NCBI GenBank assembly: GCA_002104945.1
Contig: MCFH01000046.1
Location: forward strand, 186,001 to 250,000
Direction: 5' to 3'
Length of the DNA: 64,000 nucleotides
Origin: Piromyces finnis finn
Taxonomy: Eukaryota > Fungi > Neocallimastigomycota
The notes below the pieces were generated by a model, which was not told where the DNA came from, made no database searches, and was given only the letters and a program-made list of their open reading frames with translations. Every line of letters begins with the position of its first letter. The stretch's first letter is position 1. Shown in pieces: positions 16,501 through 29,235 of this stretch. Position numbers and translations under genes: made by a program.

Positions 16501-19500
16501 TTTTCATGAAAAAAGCTGGTGTTGAATGGAGACCAACAGTATTTTTATTCTCAGATACACAAATTCAAGAAGAATCGTTTCTCGAAGACATTAATAATAT
16601 ATTAAATTCAGGAGAAGTACCAAATTTATTCCCATCAGATGAAAGACAAGAAATTATAGGTGCACTAAAAGACAAAGCAAGAAACATTCCGAAAGTAGCC
16701 GATGGGTCAGCAACAACAGTATTTACATACTTTGTTGAACAATGTAGACAAAATTTACATGTTGTATTATGTATGAGTCCTATCGGTGACTCATTTAGAA
16801 ATAGAATCAGAAAATTTCCATCTCTTATTAATTGTTGTACCATTGATTGGTTTACTGCATGGCCGGATGATGCTCTGGAAATGGTAGCATCCTCTTTCTT
16901 AAAAGATGTTGATATTTCATCTGAGCATAGAATCAGTGTTATCTTTATGTGCAAACATTTCCATGAAAGTACAATAAGACAATCAGAAAAGTTCCTTGAA
17001 AACACTAACAGACATAATTATGTCACGCCAATGTCATATCTTGAATTGATTAGAACATTCAAAACTTTATTAGATGAAAAAAGACTCGAGGTTTCGCAAC
17101 TGCAAAGTAGATACAGCAATGGTGTAGAAAAACTTAATTTTGCACAAGACTCAGTAGAAAAAATGCAAGTTGATTTAAATGATTTACAGCCAAAATTAAT
17201 TAAAACTAAAGAAAATACAGATATTCTTATGGAGAAAGTCGAAAAAGAATCAAAAGATGTTCAAAAAACAAGAAACATTGTCCAAGCAGATGAAGAAGTA
17301 GCAAGCCAAAAAGCTGCGGTTTCACAACATATTAAAGATGAATGTGAAGCTGATTTAGCAGAAGTATTACCAGCATTAAATGAAGCTGTAAACGCTTTGA
17401 ATACTTTGAAAGCAAACGATATTACTGTATTAAAATCCATGAAAAGTCCACCTATGGGTGTTAAATTAGTTATGGAAGCAATTTGCATTATGAAAGAAAT
17501 TAAACCAATAAAAGTACCCAATCCTGCTACGGGAAAAAGAATTGAAGATTATTGGGGACCATCTAAAAATTTACTTGGTGATTTGAAGTTTTTAGAATCA
17601 TTAAAAACTTATGATAAAGATAATATCAGTCCTGCAATAATGAAACAAATTAGAGCAAAATATATCGAAAACCCAGAATTTGATCCTGATAAAATTAAAA
17701 ATGCTTCTTCAGCTGCTGAAGGTTTGTGTAAATGGGTTCGTGCAATTGAATGCTATGACAGAGTAGCTAAGGAAGTAGCACCTAAAAAAGAAAAATTAAA
17801 AATTGCTGAAGATGAATTAGCAATAACAATGCAAAGTTTAAATGAAAAACGAATGGCATTAAAAGAGGTTGAAGACAAGTTAACAGCACTTGAAAATGAA
17901 TATAAAGAACATTGTGATGAAAAAGAAAGGCTTGAACAGCAAGTAATATCTGTTTCAAATCAATTAGTAAGAGCTGAACAATTAATTGAAAGTTTGGGTG
18001 ATGAAAGAGATAGATGGACTCAGTGTGCAGCTGATTTGTCTGTAAGATACAATGCATTAGTAGGTGATGTATTAGTATCATCAGGTATAATAGCATATTT
18101 GGGAGCATTTACTAAAATTTATCGTGATGAATGTATTACTCAATGGACTGAACTATGTATAAATAAAAATATACCATGTTCAGAAGATATTAGATTATCT
18201 TCAATTCTTGGTGATCCAATTAGTACTAGGTCTTGGACATTAGCTGGTTTACCAAATGATTCATTCTCTATTGATAATGGTGTTATAATTTCAAAGGCAA
18301 GAAGATGGCCATTAATGATCGATCCACAAGGTCAAGCAAATAGATGGATTAAGAATATGGAGAAAAGTAAAATGTTACAAGTTATAAAACTATCAGATTC
18401 CGATTATATGCGTACATTGGAGAACTGTATTCAATTTGGTAATCCAATTTTACTTGAAAATGTTGGGGAAGAGCTTGATCCTGTTCTAGAACCGTTGTTA
18501 TTAAAGCAAACATTTAAAAAGGGTGGTATGACTTGTATTAAATTAGGTGATTCCATTGTTAATTATGCACCAGAATTTAAATTTTATATCACAACAAAAT
18601 TAAGAAATCCGCATTATATGCCAGAATTATCAACAAAGGTTACTCTATTAAACTTTATGATTACACCCGAAGGTCTTGAAGATCAATTATTAGGTATTGT
18701 AATTGCAAAGGAAAGGCCAGAACTAGAAGAAGCAAAAACTGAGTTATTATTGCAATCCGCGTCCAATAAAAAGCAATTAAAAGAAATTGAAGATGAAATT
18801 TTAGCTGTATTATCAAAATCAGAAGGAAATATTTTAGAAGATGAAACAGCCATTCAAGCATTATCATCATCAAAAGTATTAGCTAATGAAATTACAGAAA
18901 AACAAAAAGTTGCAGAAAAAACAGAAAAAGATATTGATAATATTCGTATTCAGTACGTGCCAATAGCTTTCTTTTCATCTTCATTATTTTTCTGTATTGC
19001 TCAATTAGCAAATATTGAACCAATGTACCAATATTCATTAACATGGTATATTAATTTATTTATTAATTCAATTGAAAATAGTGAAAAATCTAATGATATT
19101 GAAGTAAGATTGGAAACATTAAGAAATGCATTTTCATTATCTCTCTATAAAAATATTTGTAGATCTTTGTTTGAGAAAGACAAAATAATTTTTTCATTTA
19201 TGTTGTGTATTTCTATTAAAAAAGGACGTAATGAAATTGATAATGAAGAATGGATGTTCTTATTAACAGGAGGTTTATTATTAGATCAAGATGGAAAACC
19301 AAATCCAGCATCTAGCTGGCTTTCAGAATTATCATGGAAAGATTTCTGTAATTTAGACAATCTTAAAGCCTTTAATGGTTTCTTAGATGAATTTAAGAAT
19401 AATATCAATGAATGGAAAGAAATATATGATTCACAAGATCCACATTTAAACAAGCTTCCAGGTGAATGGGAAACAAAATTAAATAAATTCCAGAAACTAT

Positions 19501-21052
19501 TAGTTATAAGATGTTTAAGACCTGATAAGATTGCTGCTGCTATTAGAAATTATATCATATTTGAAATGGGAAACCAATATGTTGAACCACCACCATTTGA
19601 TTTAGCTAGCAGTTTCCAAGATTCTTCATGTTGTGTTCCATTAATTTTCATATTATCACCTGGTTCAGATCCAATGTCAAACTTAATAAAATTAGCAGAA
19701 GATAAGAAAATGTTAGGTAAAAGAATGCAAAGTATTTCACTTGGTCAAGGACAAGGTCCTATTGCAGCAAAAATGATTTCTACAGGGGTTTCCGAAGGTT
19801 CATGGGTTGTACTCCAAAATTGTCATTTAGCAACAAGTTGGATGCCAACATTAGAAAAATTATGTGAAGAATTACAGCCAGAAAATGTTCATAATGATTT
19901 CAGACTATTCTTAACATCATACCCTACTGAAAAATTTCCAGTATCCTTACTTCAAAATGGTGTAAAAATGACGAATGAACCTCCAAAGGGATTAAGAGCC
20001 AATTTGATTAAATCATATTTAACTGATCCAATTAATGATAAGAATTTCTATGAAGGATGTAATAAACAAAAAGAATTTGAAGTATTATTGTTTGGATTGT
20101 GTTTCTTACATGCAGTAGTTCAAGAGAGAAGGTATTTCGGTCCAATAGGATGGAATATTCCATATGAATTTAATGATACTGATTTAAGAATCTCAGCAAG
20201 GCAATTATGTAATTTCTTAAATGAATATGATAGTATTCCATTCAAAGCATTAATTTATTTGACGGGAGAATGCAATTATGGTAAAATTATTACTAAATAT
20301 TTATTAAAATTATATAAATTATACACACTAATTTCAATAAAAAAAAATTAATTATTTAATTATTACAAATAGGTGGAAGAATTACTGATGATAAAGATAG
20401 AAGAGCTATGTTAAGTATATTAAAAGTTTATTATACCCCAGATATTTTCAAAGAAAATTATAAATTTACATCAAGTAATATTTATTATGTGCCTCAAAAA
20501 ACAGAATATAATGATATAATTGAATATATAAAAGAACTTCCATTAGATACTAATCCAGAAGTCTTCCATTTGCATGATAATGCTGATATTTCCAAAAATC
20601 AATTAGAAACAAAATTAATTTTCAAAACTATTTTATCGGCTGAAGGCTCTAGTGGTGGAGATAATTCATCATCAAAAGATTCACATGTTTTAGAAATTAT
20701 AAGTGATATGATGAAAAAATTCCCTAAAAACTTTGATATTCCTGAAGTTTCTATTAAATATCCAACTAATTATTCAGAAAGTATGAATACTGTATTATTA
20801 CAAGAAGTTATTAGATTTAATGGGTTAATTAGTGTTATTAGAGATCATTTATATAATATTGAAAAAGCTATTCAAGGTTTAGTAGTTATGTCTGCAGAAT
20901 TGGAAAGTGTGTCAAACTCAATTTTCGTTGGTGAAATTCCATCAGAATGGCTGAAGAAATCATATCCATCAATGAAAACTCTAGGAGGTTACTATCAAGA
21001 TTTACTACAACGTATTTCCTTCTTCCAAAATTGGATTACAAATGGACATGTA

Positions 21053-21136
<84 letters not shown>

Positions 21137-21705
21137 ATTATATAGCCTGTTATATACTGGTTATCTGGTTTCTTCTTTACTCAAAGTTTTCTTACTGGTG
21201 TTATGCAAAATTACGCTAGGAAAAAAACAATTCCAATTGATTTGATTGATTTCGAATACCCAATTCAAACAGAATCAACATATATTAAGCCACCTGAAGA
21301 TGGATGTTATATCACAGGAATTTTCCTAGAAGGTGCAAGATGGGACAAAAATGAAAAAGCATTAGCTGAATCATATCCAAAAATATTGTACGATCCATTA
21401 CCAATTATATGGTTAAAACCAGGAGTAAAATCATCATTTAATACAAAAAGTATGTATGAATGTCCTATTTATAGAACTTCGTCCAGACGTGGTGTACTTT
21501 CTACTACAGGGTAAATATTAAACTTCAAGAAAGTTTTTTATTAAACTTAAATCACCTAAAAGTATATATTTACTAATTTTTTTTTTAAAAAAAAATTAAA
21601 TTTAGTCATTCAACCAACTTTGTAGTATGCATGCGTTTTCCAACTAAAGTTTCTGATCAACATTGGATAAATAGAGGTGTAGCAGGACTTTTAACTCATG
21701 AATAA
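8235..21705 (+). CDS. DNAH7: Axonemal single-headed inner-arm dynein heavy chain (DNAH7-like), multi-exon
   Basis: P-loops [24 protein letters not shown] and GVGGSGRQS; [22 protein letters not shown]-terminal [28 protein letters not shown]...VDFVLKDP resembles DNAH7. C-terminal GHSTNFV...[11 protein letters not shown]. Start (8235) inferred from the exon chain. Confidence 0.93.
21056..21134. repeat. (TATT)n microsatellite in a dynein intron
   Basis: Tetranucleotide run between the GTAAA donor (21050) and the TAG acceptor. Confidence 0.95.
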
Positions 21706-21997
21706 GTTATTAATAATAAAATTAGTAATAACAATATTTATATAACAAGTCATAAATTATTATTATCATTTTCTTATAATTTATTTTATAATCACATATA
21801 ATACCAAAACACAATTTTATCAACTTTAATTTTATTTATTCTTGTATTATTAATTTTATTCATTCTATTTCATATTTCATATCTCAATTATTCATTTATT
21901 CATATTTGAACAAACATAACATAAATAAAAAATAATAATAAATAATTTGATACATTAATGTAAATAAATTGTATTAAGGATTGTAATTAATAAAATT

Positions 21998-22029
<32 letters not shown>

Positions 22030-22073
22030 TTAATTCTTTTAACTTTTTACTGTTATATTGTTAAAATTAAAAA

Positions 22074-25000
22074 ATGTTAAATAAATTTAAATCAATATTT
22101 GCACCAAAAAATCCAAAAAAACAAAATTTAAAATATTCACCATATGAAAGAAAAAGTCCAAGAATTATTAACAAAGAAAAAGTGAAAGTAATTTTTCTTT
22201 ATTGAATTATATATTTCATCCTATCTTAATAAAATATACTATATACTTAACCAAAGAAATCTTTAAATTAAGAAATTATTGTTATTATTGTTGTTGTTGT
22301 TACTATTATTATTATTACTAAATTTCAAAGGAAAATTTAGATATAGCAAATGAATCAGAAAGTACAATTGTTGAAGCTGGACATGAAAACTTAGAGATAA
22401 ATGTAATAATTAAAAAATAAATAAATTTTAATAATATCTTAAGAAAATGAATAAATCTGTAATTCTTTATTTCAATAAAATATTTTATAAACAAAGAAAG
22501 GAAATTTAGTTTCTAATGAAAGTAATATAAACGAAAAAGAAGAGGGAAATACTCAAAAAGAATCACCAAAAAAGATTGTTAAAAATGCACAAATTCAAAA
22601 TTCAAAGAATGAATCAGAAATATCAATTAATAATAATGATGGTAATGATTAATAAATTAAATAAACTTTATTTAATAAATAATTGATTAAGAATTAAATA
22701 TTATTAATAGAAAAAGGTGAAAAAGGTGAAAAAGAAGAAAAGAAAGATTCAGATGACATAGATATAACAAATAATAAGGTAAAATATAATAAAATTTAAT
22801 AATTATATTCAATTATTAGTAATTAGTAATTTTAATTATATTATTTTTTCATGTAAATTAAATAGAATAAAAGAATAAAATTAAATACTTTCCATTACTA
22901 CGGTACAGGATATAGTAGAAACAGTAATCCATATATGCCTGCAAGAAAATTGCAAACTAAAAAAAGTTCAGTTTTGTGTTATAAAAAGAAATTAGCCAAT
23001 GTTCCAAATAAAACACCAAAAAATGAAAATAAGACATGTATATATTATTTTTACAATTATTATAATTAATAATAAAAAAAAATAATTTAATATGATTTTT
23101 CAAAAAATATATAACATTTATTATTATTTAATAGTAATTCCTGAAATTAGTCAAACAGCTAAATTAATATTAGACGTAGTTGAAAAGGAAGAAAAAAAAT
23201 ACAAAAAGTCAATAAAAATGAAAAAATTAGAAAAGGTAAATTATTATTATATATTATCATATCATTTAAGTATGATTAATAAAAAAAATAATAATAAATA
23301 ATTATTTATATTGTTATATTGTTAAAATAAATGTTAGAAATCCTCATCGTTAATGTCAATAGATTCAGATAAAACTCTAGATAATAAAGAAGTCAAATCA
23401 AAATTACAAGAAGATAAAAAAATGTGAGTATATAAATATTATATTTTCATATTACATATTACTCTTATTTTTAAAATATATACTTTAATAATATACTAAT
23501 ATATTAAAACTTTATTAAGAAAAAAAATACCATCTGTAAATATTTTCGACCCAGAAACCTCAGATCTTCAAGTATGCCTTTAAAGAAAAAAATATATTTT
23601 AAGATTATTATAATAAATTAAAATTATTAACCAAATAATATCGTTCATAAATATAAAAATATTTATTAAAGTTTAATTTTATAAGAAAATCATCATCATA
23701 TGCTACACATCCAAATATTGTAGAACTTACTAAGACTTTAAGTTCTGAAAGTTTTAAATTACCAATATTTACATTTGAAAGAAAAAATTCTAATTACTCA
23801 TTTAATGGATCTTTAGAAGAAAGTGAAAAATCAAAAGACACTAATAATAAATCAGAAAAGGATTCTTTAATGGCTAAACCATTATCTACTGGATTTAACT
23901 GGGCTGCTGCTGGTATGGCTAAACCAACATTAGCTGCTGATGAATGGAAATGTAGTGTTTGTGATGCTAAAAACAAAAGTACTGACGATAAATGTGTTTG
24001 TTGTGAAGAACCAAATCCAAATAAGAAAGATTCCAATAAACCAAAAGAAGCTCCAAAATTCACTTTTGGTGGATCATCAGGATCAGGAATTACTTTTGGT
24101 AAACCAACTACTTCAACTGAAACAAAGTCTACTTTTACCTTTGGTAAATCAACTGACACAACTGAGCCAAAAACAGCTGAAACAATTGAATCTAAAGATA
24201 CAAAACCAGTTTCTACTGGATTTAACTGGGCTGCTGCTGGTATGGCTAAACCAACATTAGCTGCTGATGAATGGAAATGTAGTGTTTGTGATGCTAAAAA
24301 CAAAAGTACTGACGATAAATGTGTTTGTTGTGAAGAACCAAATCCAAATAAGAAAGATTCCGATAAACCAAAAGAAGCTCCAAAATTCACTTTTGGTGGA
24401 TCATCAGGATCAGGAATTACTTTTGGTAAACCAGCTACTTCAACTGAAACAAAGTCTACTTTTACCTTTGGTAAATCAACTGACACAACTGAGCCAAAAA
24501 CAGCTGAAACAATTGAATCTAAAGATACAAAACCAGTTTCTACTGGATTTAACTGGGCTGCTGCTGGTATGGCTAAACCAACATTAGCTGCTGATGAATG
24601 GAAATGTAGTGTTTGTGATGCTAAAAACAAAAGCACTGACGATAAATGTGTTTGTTGTGAAGAACCAAATCCAAATAAAAAAGATTCCGATAAACCAAAA
24701 GAAGCTCCAAAATTCACTTTTGGTGGATCATCAGGATCAGGAATTACTTTTGGTAAACCAGCTACTTCAACTGAAACAAAGTCTACTTTTACCTTTGGTA
24801 AATCAACTGACACAACTGAGCCAAAAACAGCTGAAACAATTGAATCTAAAGATACAAAACCAGTTTCTACTGGATTTAACTGGGCTGCTGCTGGTATGGC
24901 TAAACCAACATTAGCTGCTGATGAATGGAAATGTAGTGTTTGTGATGCTAAAAACAAAAGTACTGACGATAAATGTGTTTGTTGTGAAGAACCAAATCCA

Positions 25001-26746
25001 AATAAGAAAGATTCCAATAAACTAAAAGAAGCTCCAAAATTCACTTTTGGTGGATCATCAGGATCAGGAATTACTTTTGGTAAACCAGCTACTTCAACTG
25101 AAACAAAGTCTACTTTTACCTTTGGTAAATCAACTGACACAACTGAGCCAAAAACAGCTGAAACAATTGAATCTAAAGATACAAAACCAGTTTCTACTGG
25201 ATTTAACTGGGCTGCTGCTGGTATGGCTAAACCAACATTAGCTGCTGATGAATGGAAATGTAGTGTTTGTGATGCTAAAAACAAAAGTACTGACGATAAA
25301 TGTGTTTGTTGTGAAGAACCAAATCCAAATAAAAAAGATTCCGATAAACCAAAAGAAGCTCCAAAATTCACTTTTGGTGGATCATCAGGATCAGGAATTA
25401 CTTTTGGTAAACCAGCTACTTCAACTGAAACAAAGTCTACTTTTACCTTTGGTAAATCAACTGACACAACTGAATCAAAAACAGTTGAAACAATTGAATC
25501 TAAAGATACAAAACCAGTTTCTACTGGATTTAACTGGGCTGCTGCTGGTATGGCTAAACCAACATTAGCTGCTGATGAATGGAAATGTAGTGTTTGTGAT
25601 GCTAAAAACAAAAGTACTGACGATAAATGTGTTTGTTGTGAAGAACCAAATCCAAATAAGAAAGATTCCAATAAACCAAAAGAAGCTCCAAAATTCACTT
25701 TTGGTGGATCATCAGGATCAGGAATTACTTTTGGTAAACCAACTACTTCAACTGAAACAAAGTCTACTTTTACCTTTGGTAAATCAACTGACACAACTGA
25801 ATCAAAAACAGCTGAAACAATTGAATCTAAAGATACAAAACCAGTTTCTACTGGATTTAACTGGGCTGCTGCTGGTATGGCTAAACCAACATTAGCTGCT
25901 GATGAATGGAAATGTAGTGTTTGTGATGCTAAAAACAAAAGTACTGACGATAAATGTGTTTGTTGTGAAGAACCAAATCCAAATAAGAAAGATTCCGATA
26001 AACCAAAAGAAGCTCCAAAATTCACTTTTGGTGGATCATCAGGATCAGGAATTACTTTTGGTAAACCAGCTACTTCAACTGAAACAAAGTCTACTTTTAC
26101 CTTTGGTAAATCAACTGACACAACTGAATCAAAAACAGCTGAAACAATTGAATCTAAAGATACAAAACCAGTTTCTACTGGATTTAACTGGGCTGCTGCT
26201 GGTATGGCTAAACCATCATTAGCTGCTGATGAATGGAAATGTAGTGTTTGTGATGCTAAAAACAAAAGTACTGACGATAAATGTGTTTGTTGTGAAGAAC
26301 CAAATCCAAATAAAAATGATTCTGATAAACCAAAAGAAGCTCCAAAATTCACTTTTGGTTCTAATTCATCATCTTTAAATAAACCAATTGCAACATTTGG
26401 TAGTAACTCAAATACAGTAACATTTGGTTCTAGTGGTAGCACCACAACATCAACAGCATTTGGGTTTGGAAAACCATTTGGCTCAAATACATCCTCTAAT
26501 ACAGTAACTTTTGGTAGTACTAGTACTACCTCATCAGTACCTAAATCTGTTGGATTTTCATTTAATACTACATCTACTAATTTAAATACAAAAACTACAA
26601 CAGGATTTTCCTTTTCTACTTCAAACACTATCACAACTGCTAATAGTTTTTCATCATCTACAACAACAAGTACATCAACCAACCTATTCCCTGCTATTTC
26701 GTTTGGAAAAACAAACAATAATGATGTCAATAATAATGATAATTAA
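22074..26746 (+). CDS. NUP153: Nup153/Nup1-like nuclear-basket FG nucleoporin with 8 RanBP2-type zinc fingers, multi-exon; last exon 23686-26746
   Basis: N-terminal amphipathic-looking MLNKFKSIF followed by basic KYSPYERK. ISQTAKLILDVVEK resembles the Nup153 TARRILQSLEK helix. LPIFTF. 8x W-x-C-x2-C-x3-N-x6-C-x2-C. Many FTFG/xFG motifs in Ser/Thr-rich spacers. Orthology name is tentative. Confidence 0.7.
23885..26359 (+). repeat. Coding tandem array: 327-bp (109-aa) unit, 7 full copies plus 1 partial
   Basis: gatgaatggaaatgtagtgtttgtgatgct recurs at exact 327-bp spacing (ATG-frame markers 23940, 24267, 24594, 25248, 25575, 25902); only a few SNPs per unit. Confidence 0.97.
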
Positions 26747-27030
26747 ATTAATCAGTAGTAAAAAGCTACAATATAATCACTATAATATCATAATAGTTTA
26801 AGTTTATTATTAGAAAGAGTATCCAATATAAATGATGATATTATCTATATATAACATTATATATTTTGTTCTAAAATTGACTTTGAATACAATTATTTTA
26901 TTAAATATATTTTAATATAGTTAGACGTTTTTTTATTATATTTTATTTTTATATAAGATTTTTTTTAAACAAAATAAAAATTTTAATATAATCAAATAAA
27001 TTCTGGTTTTAGTGTGCTTAATTCATCATA

Positions 27031-27135
27031 GTTATTTACTTATTTACTTATTTATTTATTTATTTACTTATTTATTTATTTACTTATTTATTTATTTACT
27101 TATTTATTTACTTATTTATTTATTTATTTATTTTT
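27031..27135. repeat. Compound (TTAT/TTAC)n microsatellite
   Basis: tatttacttatttatttattt... repeated. Confidence 0.9.
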
Positions 27136-29235
27136 AAATTTCATTTTCAGTAAATAATCAAATTTAGGAATATTAAATAAATAAATAGAAATTTAAAAAT
27201 TTTTAAAGAATTAATTATAATATAACCCTTTAAATATTTAATAAAACTTTATTAACCTTTAATAAAAAAAATAATTATAAGCTAATAATATTTAAAATAA
27301 TTAATTACATTTTTTGAAGGAAATGTTAAAAAGAGTATAATTTTAGCATTGGTAAATATATCAAAGTCACAATTGTTTTATAAAGTAAAAGGCGTAGTTA
27401 TGTATGTCATAAAAAATAGTAAATAACAATTAATTAAAATTTATTTTTGTAAAACAAACCAAACCAAATTACTTTTTTATTCTTTATTATTATGTATAAG
27501 TATTATGATACAAGTGAGCAATATATTCAATAAAAATAATACATAAAATCTTAGTCTATTTTTTTTAGGTGTTTAAATTATAATAAAAGTAAAAAAATAA
27601 AAAAACGAAAATATAATATAAGAAAAATAACTTGAAAAACTATGTATATTTTTTATATTAAATAAATATTATAATTAAAGAATATCATAAATAATTGTGG
27701 TGTAAATGTTTTTTTTTTTTCCTTTTAATAATGATTTATTAGGAAATTAAAAAATTTAAACTGTATAGTTTAAAATAAAAACAAATTATAATTTACCAAC
27801 AAATAAATTAAATTTTTTAGATATAATTTATTATTTGAATGATTGGAATTTTACAATTATTCTATGTGAAAATCATGTGAAAATTTTTTGATAATATTTA
27901 TTTTTTTTTAAAATAAATTTTTACTTATTTGTTTATTATATTTATATTAAAAAGAATATGAAGGAAAAAAAAAAAAACATTCTCGATCTTTAACTGTCAC
28001 CTTATTTTTATTTGTATGAATTTTAATGAAGAGAAGTTTAAAGTTGATTGTTTAAATATTATATATATAATTCTATTAAACATTCAGTAATACACATAAG
28101 ATTTCTAATATTATATTGATAAGATAATTAAAGATAATAAATAAAAGTTTTAACTAAGCAATAATAATTACTTTCATTAATATATATATATTTTGACTTT
28201 TTCTATTATTTCATATTTCATATTTAGAAATAATATTATAGAATAGTAATAAATAATCATCCAATTTTTCTTATGTTTCGTTTTGATTTGATATAATAAA
28301 TAAAGTAGATAAATAATAAATAAATTAATAAATAATAAATGTTAAAATAAATTGATTTTATGAAAATTATCCATAAAATATATATTTAATATAAAAATAA
28401 TAAATTAAATCATATAATTAAAATTTAATTTTTATTCGTTTATTTTTGTTTGCTTTTATCTTTCTTTTTTTTTTATTATATTTTACTTTAAATCTTAAAG
28501 AATTTATAAAAATAATAAAGGAAAAGAAAATAGAAAAAAAAAAAAAAAAAGAAAAAATTAAAAATTAAAAAAATAAAAAATAAATAAAACCTAAAAATAA
28601 AATTAATAATAAAGAGGAAGGATAAAAAAAAAGAGAAATTAGATAAATTTATAAAAATAAAAAATTAAACAAAAAAGAAAAACTTTTCTAATTAAAAAGG
28701 TAAATTTCTTATCAAAACTAAATTAATTTTTGATTTTCCTTTTTTTTTTTATATTATATATATAGAAGTTTATAGTTATACATAAGTATTTTAATGAAAA
28801 ATTCAGAAAAAATTGTACTATAATAAGTAGAATAAATAAACTTATATAATTAAAATTATAATTAATGGGATGAAAAATATATAACTGTTGGGTTTGAAAA
28901 ATTAAAAATGTTTAATTAATCATTTATAAAATACTAATTTAATTTATTATATGTTATTTAATAAATGTACATAAATTAAATTTGAAGTATGAATTTTTTT
29001 TGATAAATTAAACAATTCAGAATATAATAATTAAATGTTTTTGTTATTCCAATATAAATCATTAAAAGTAGAAACAATATATATTATTTTTAAAAAATAA
29101 TTTAATCCAAAAATAATTATAAAAGCACATAAAGAATAAATTAAAATTATAATATAAAAATTCTTTTTTTTTTTTTTAAATTTTAATTAATATTTTTATT
29201 TTATTTTTAATGAAAATAGTATAATTCCATAAAAT

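Noticed and set aside
16565-18873. Antisense ORFs within dynein, also in SPF1, the LINE and the C2H2 gene
   Set aside because: They overlap well-supported genes on the opposite strand and show no domain features.
23940-26222. Repeated 106-aa alternative-frame ORFs (MNGNVVFV...)
   Set aside because: Shifted-frame shadows of the 327-bp repeat, with no recognisable motif.
23885-26359. CRISPR-like regular array
   Set aside because: Units are contiguous, in-frame coding repeats with no unique spacers, in a eukaryotic context.
23794-26730. 978-aa antisense ORF over the nucleoporin array
   Set aside because: In this register, antisense stops require a Tyr, His or Gln codon on the sense strand. 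The overlapped repeat and FG tail contain none, so the open frame is a by-product.
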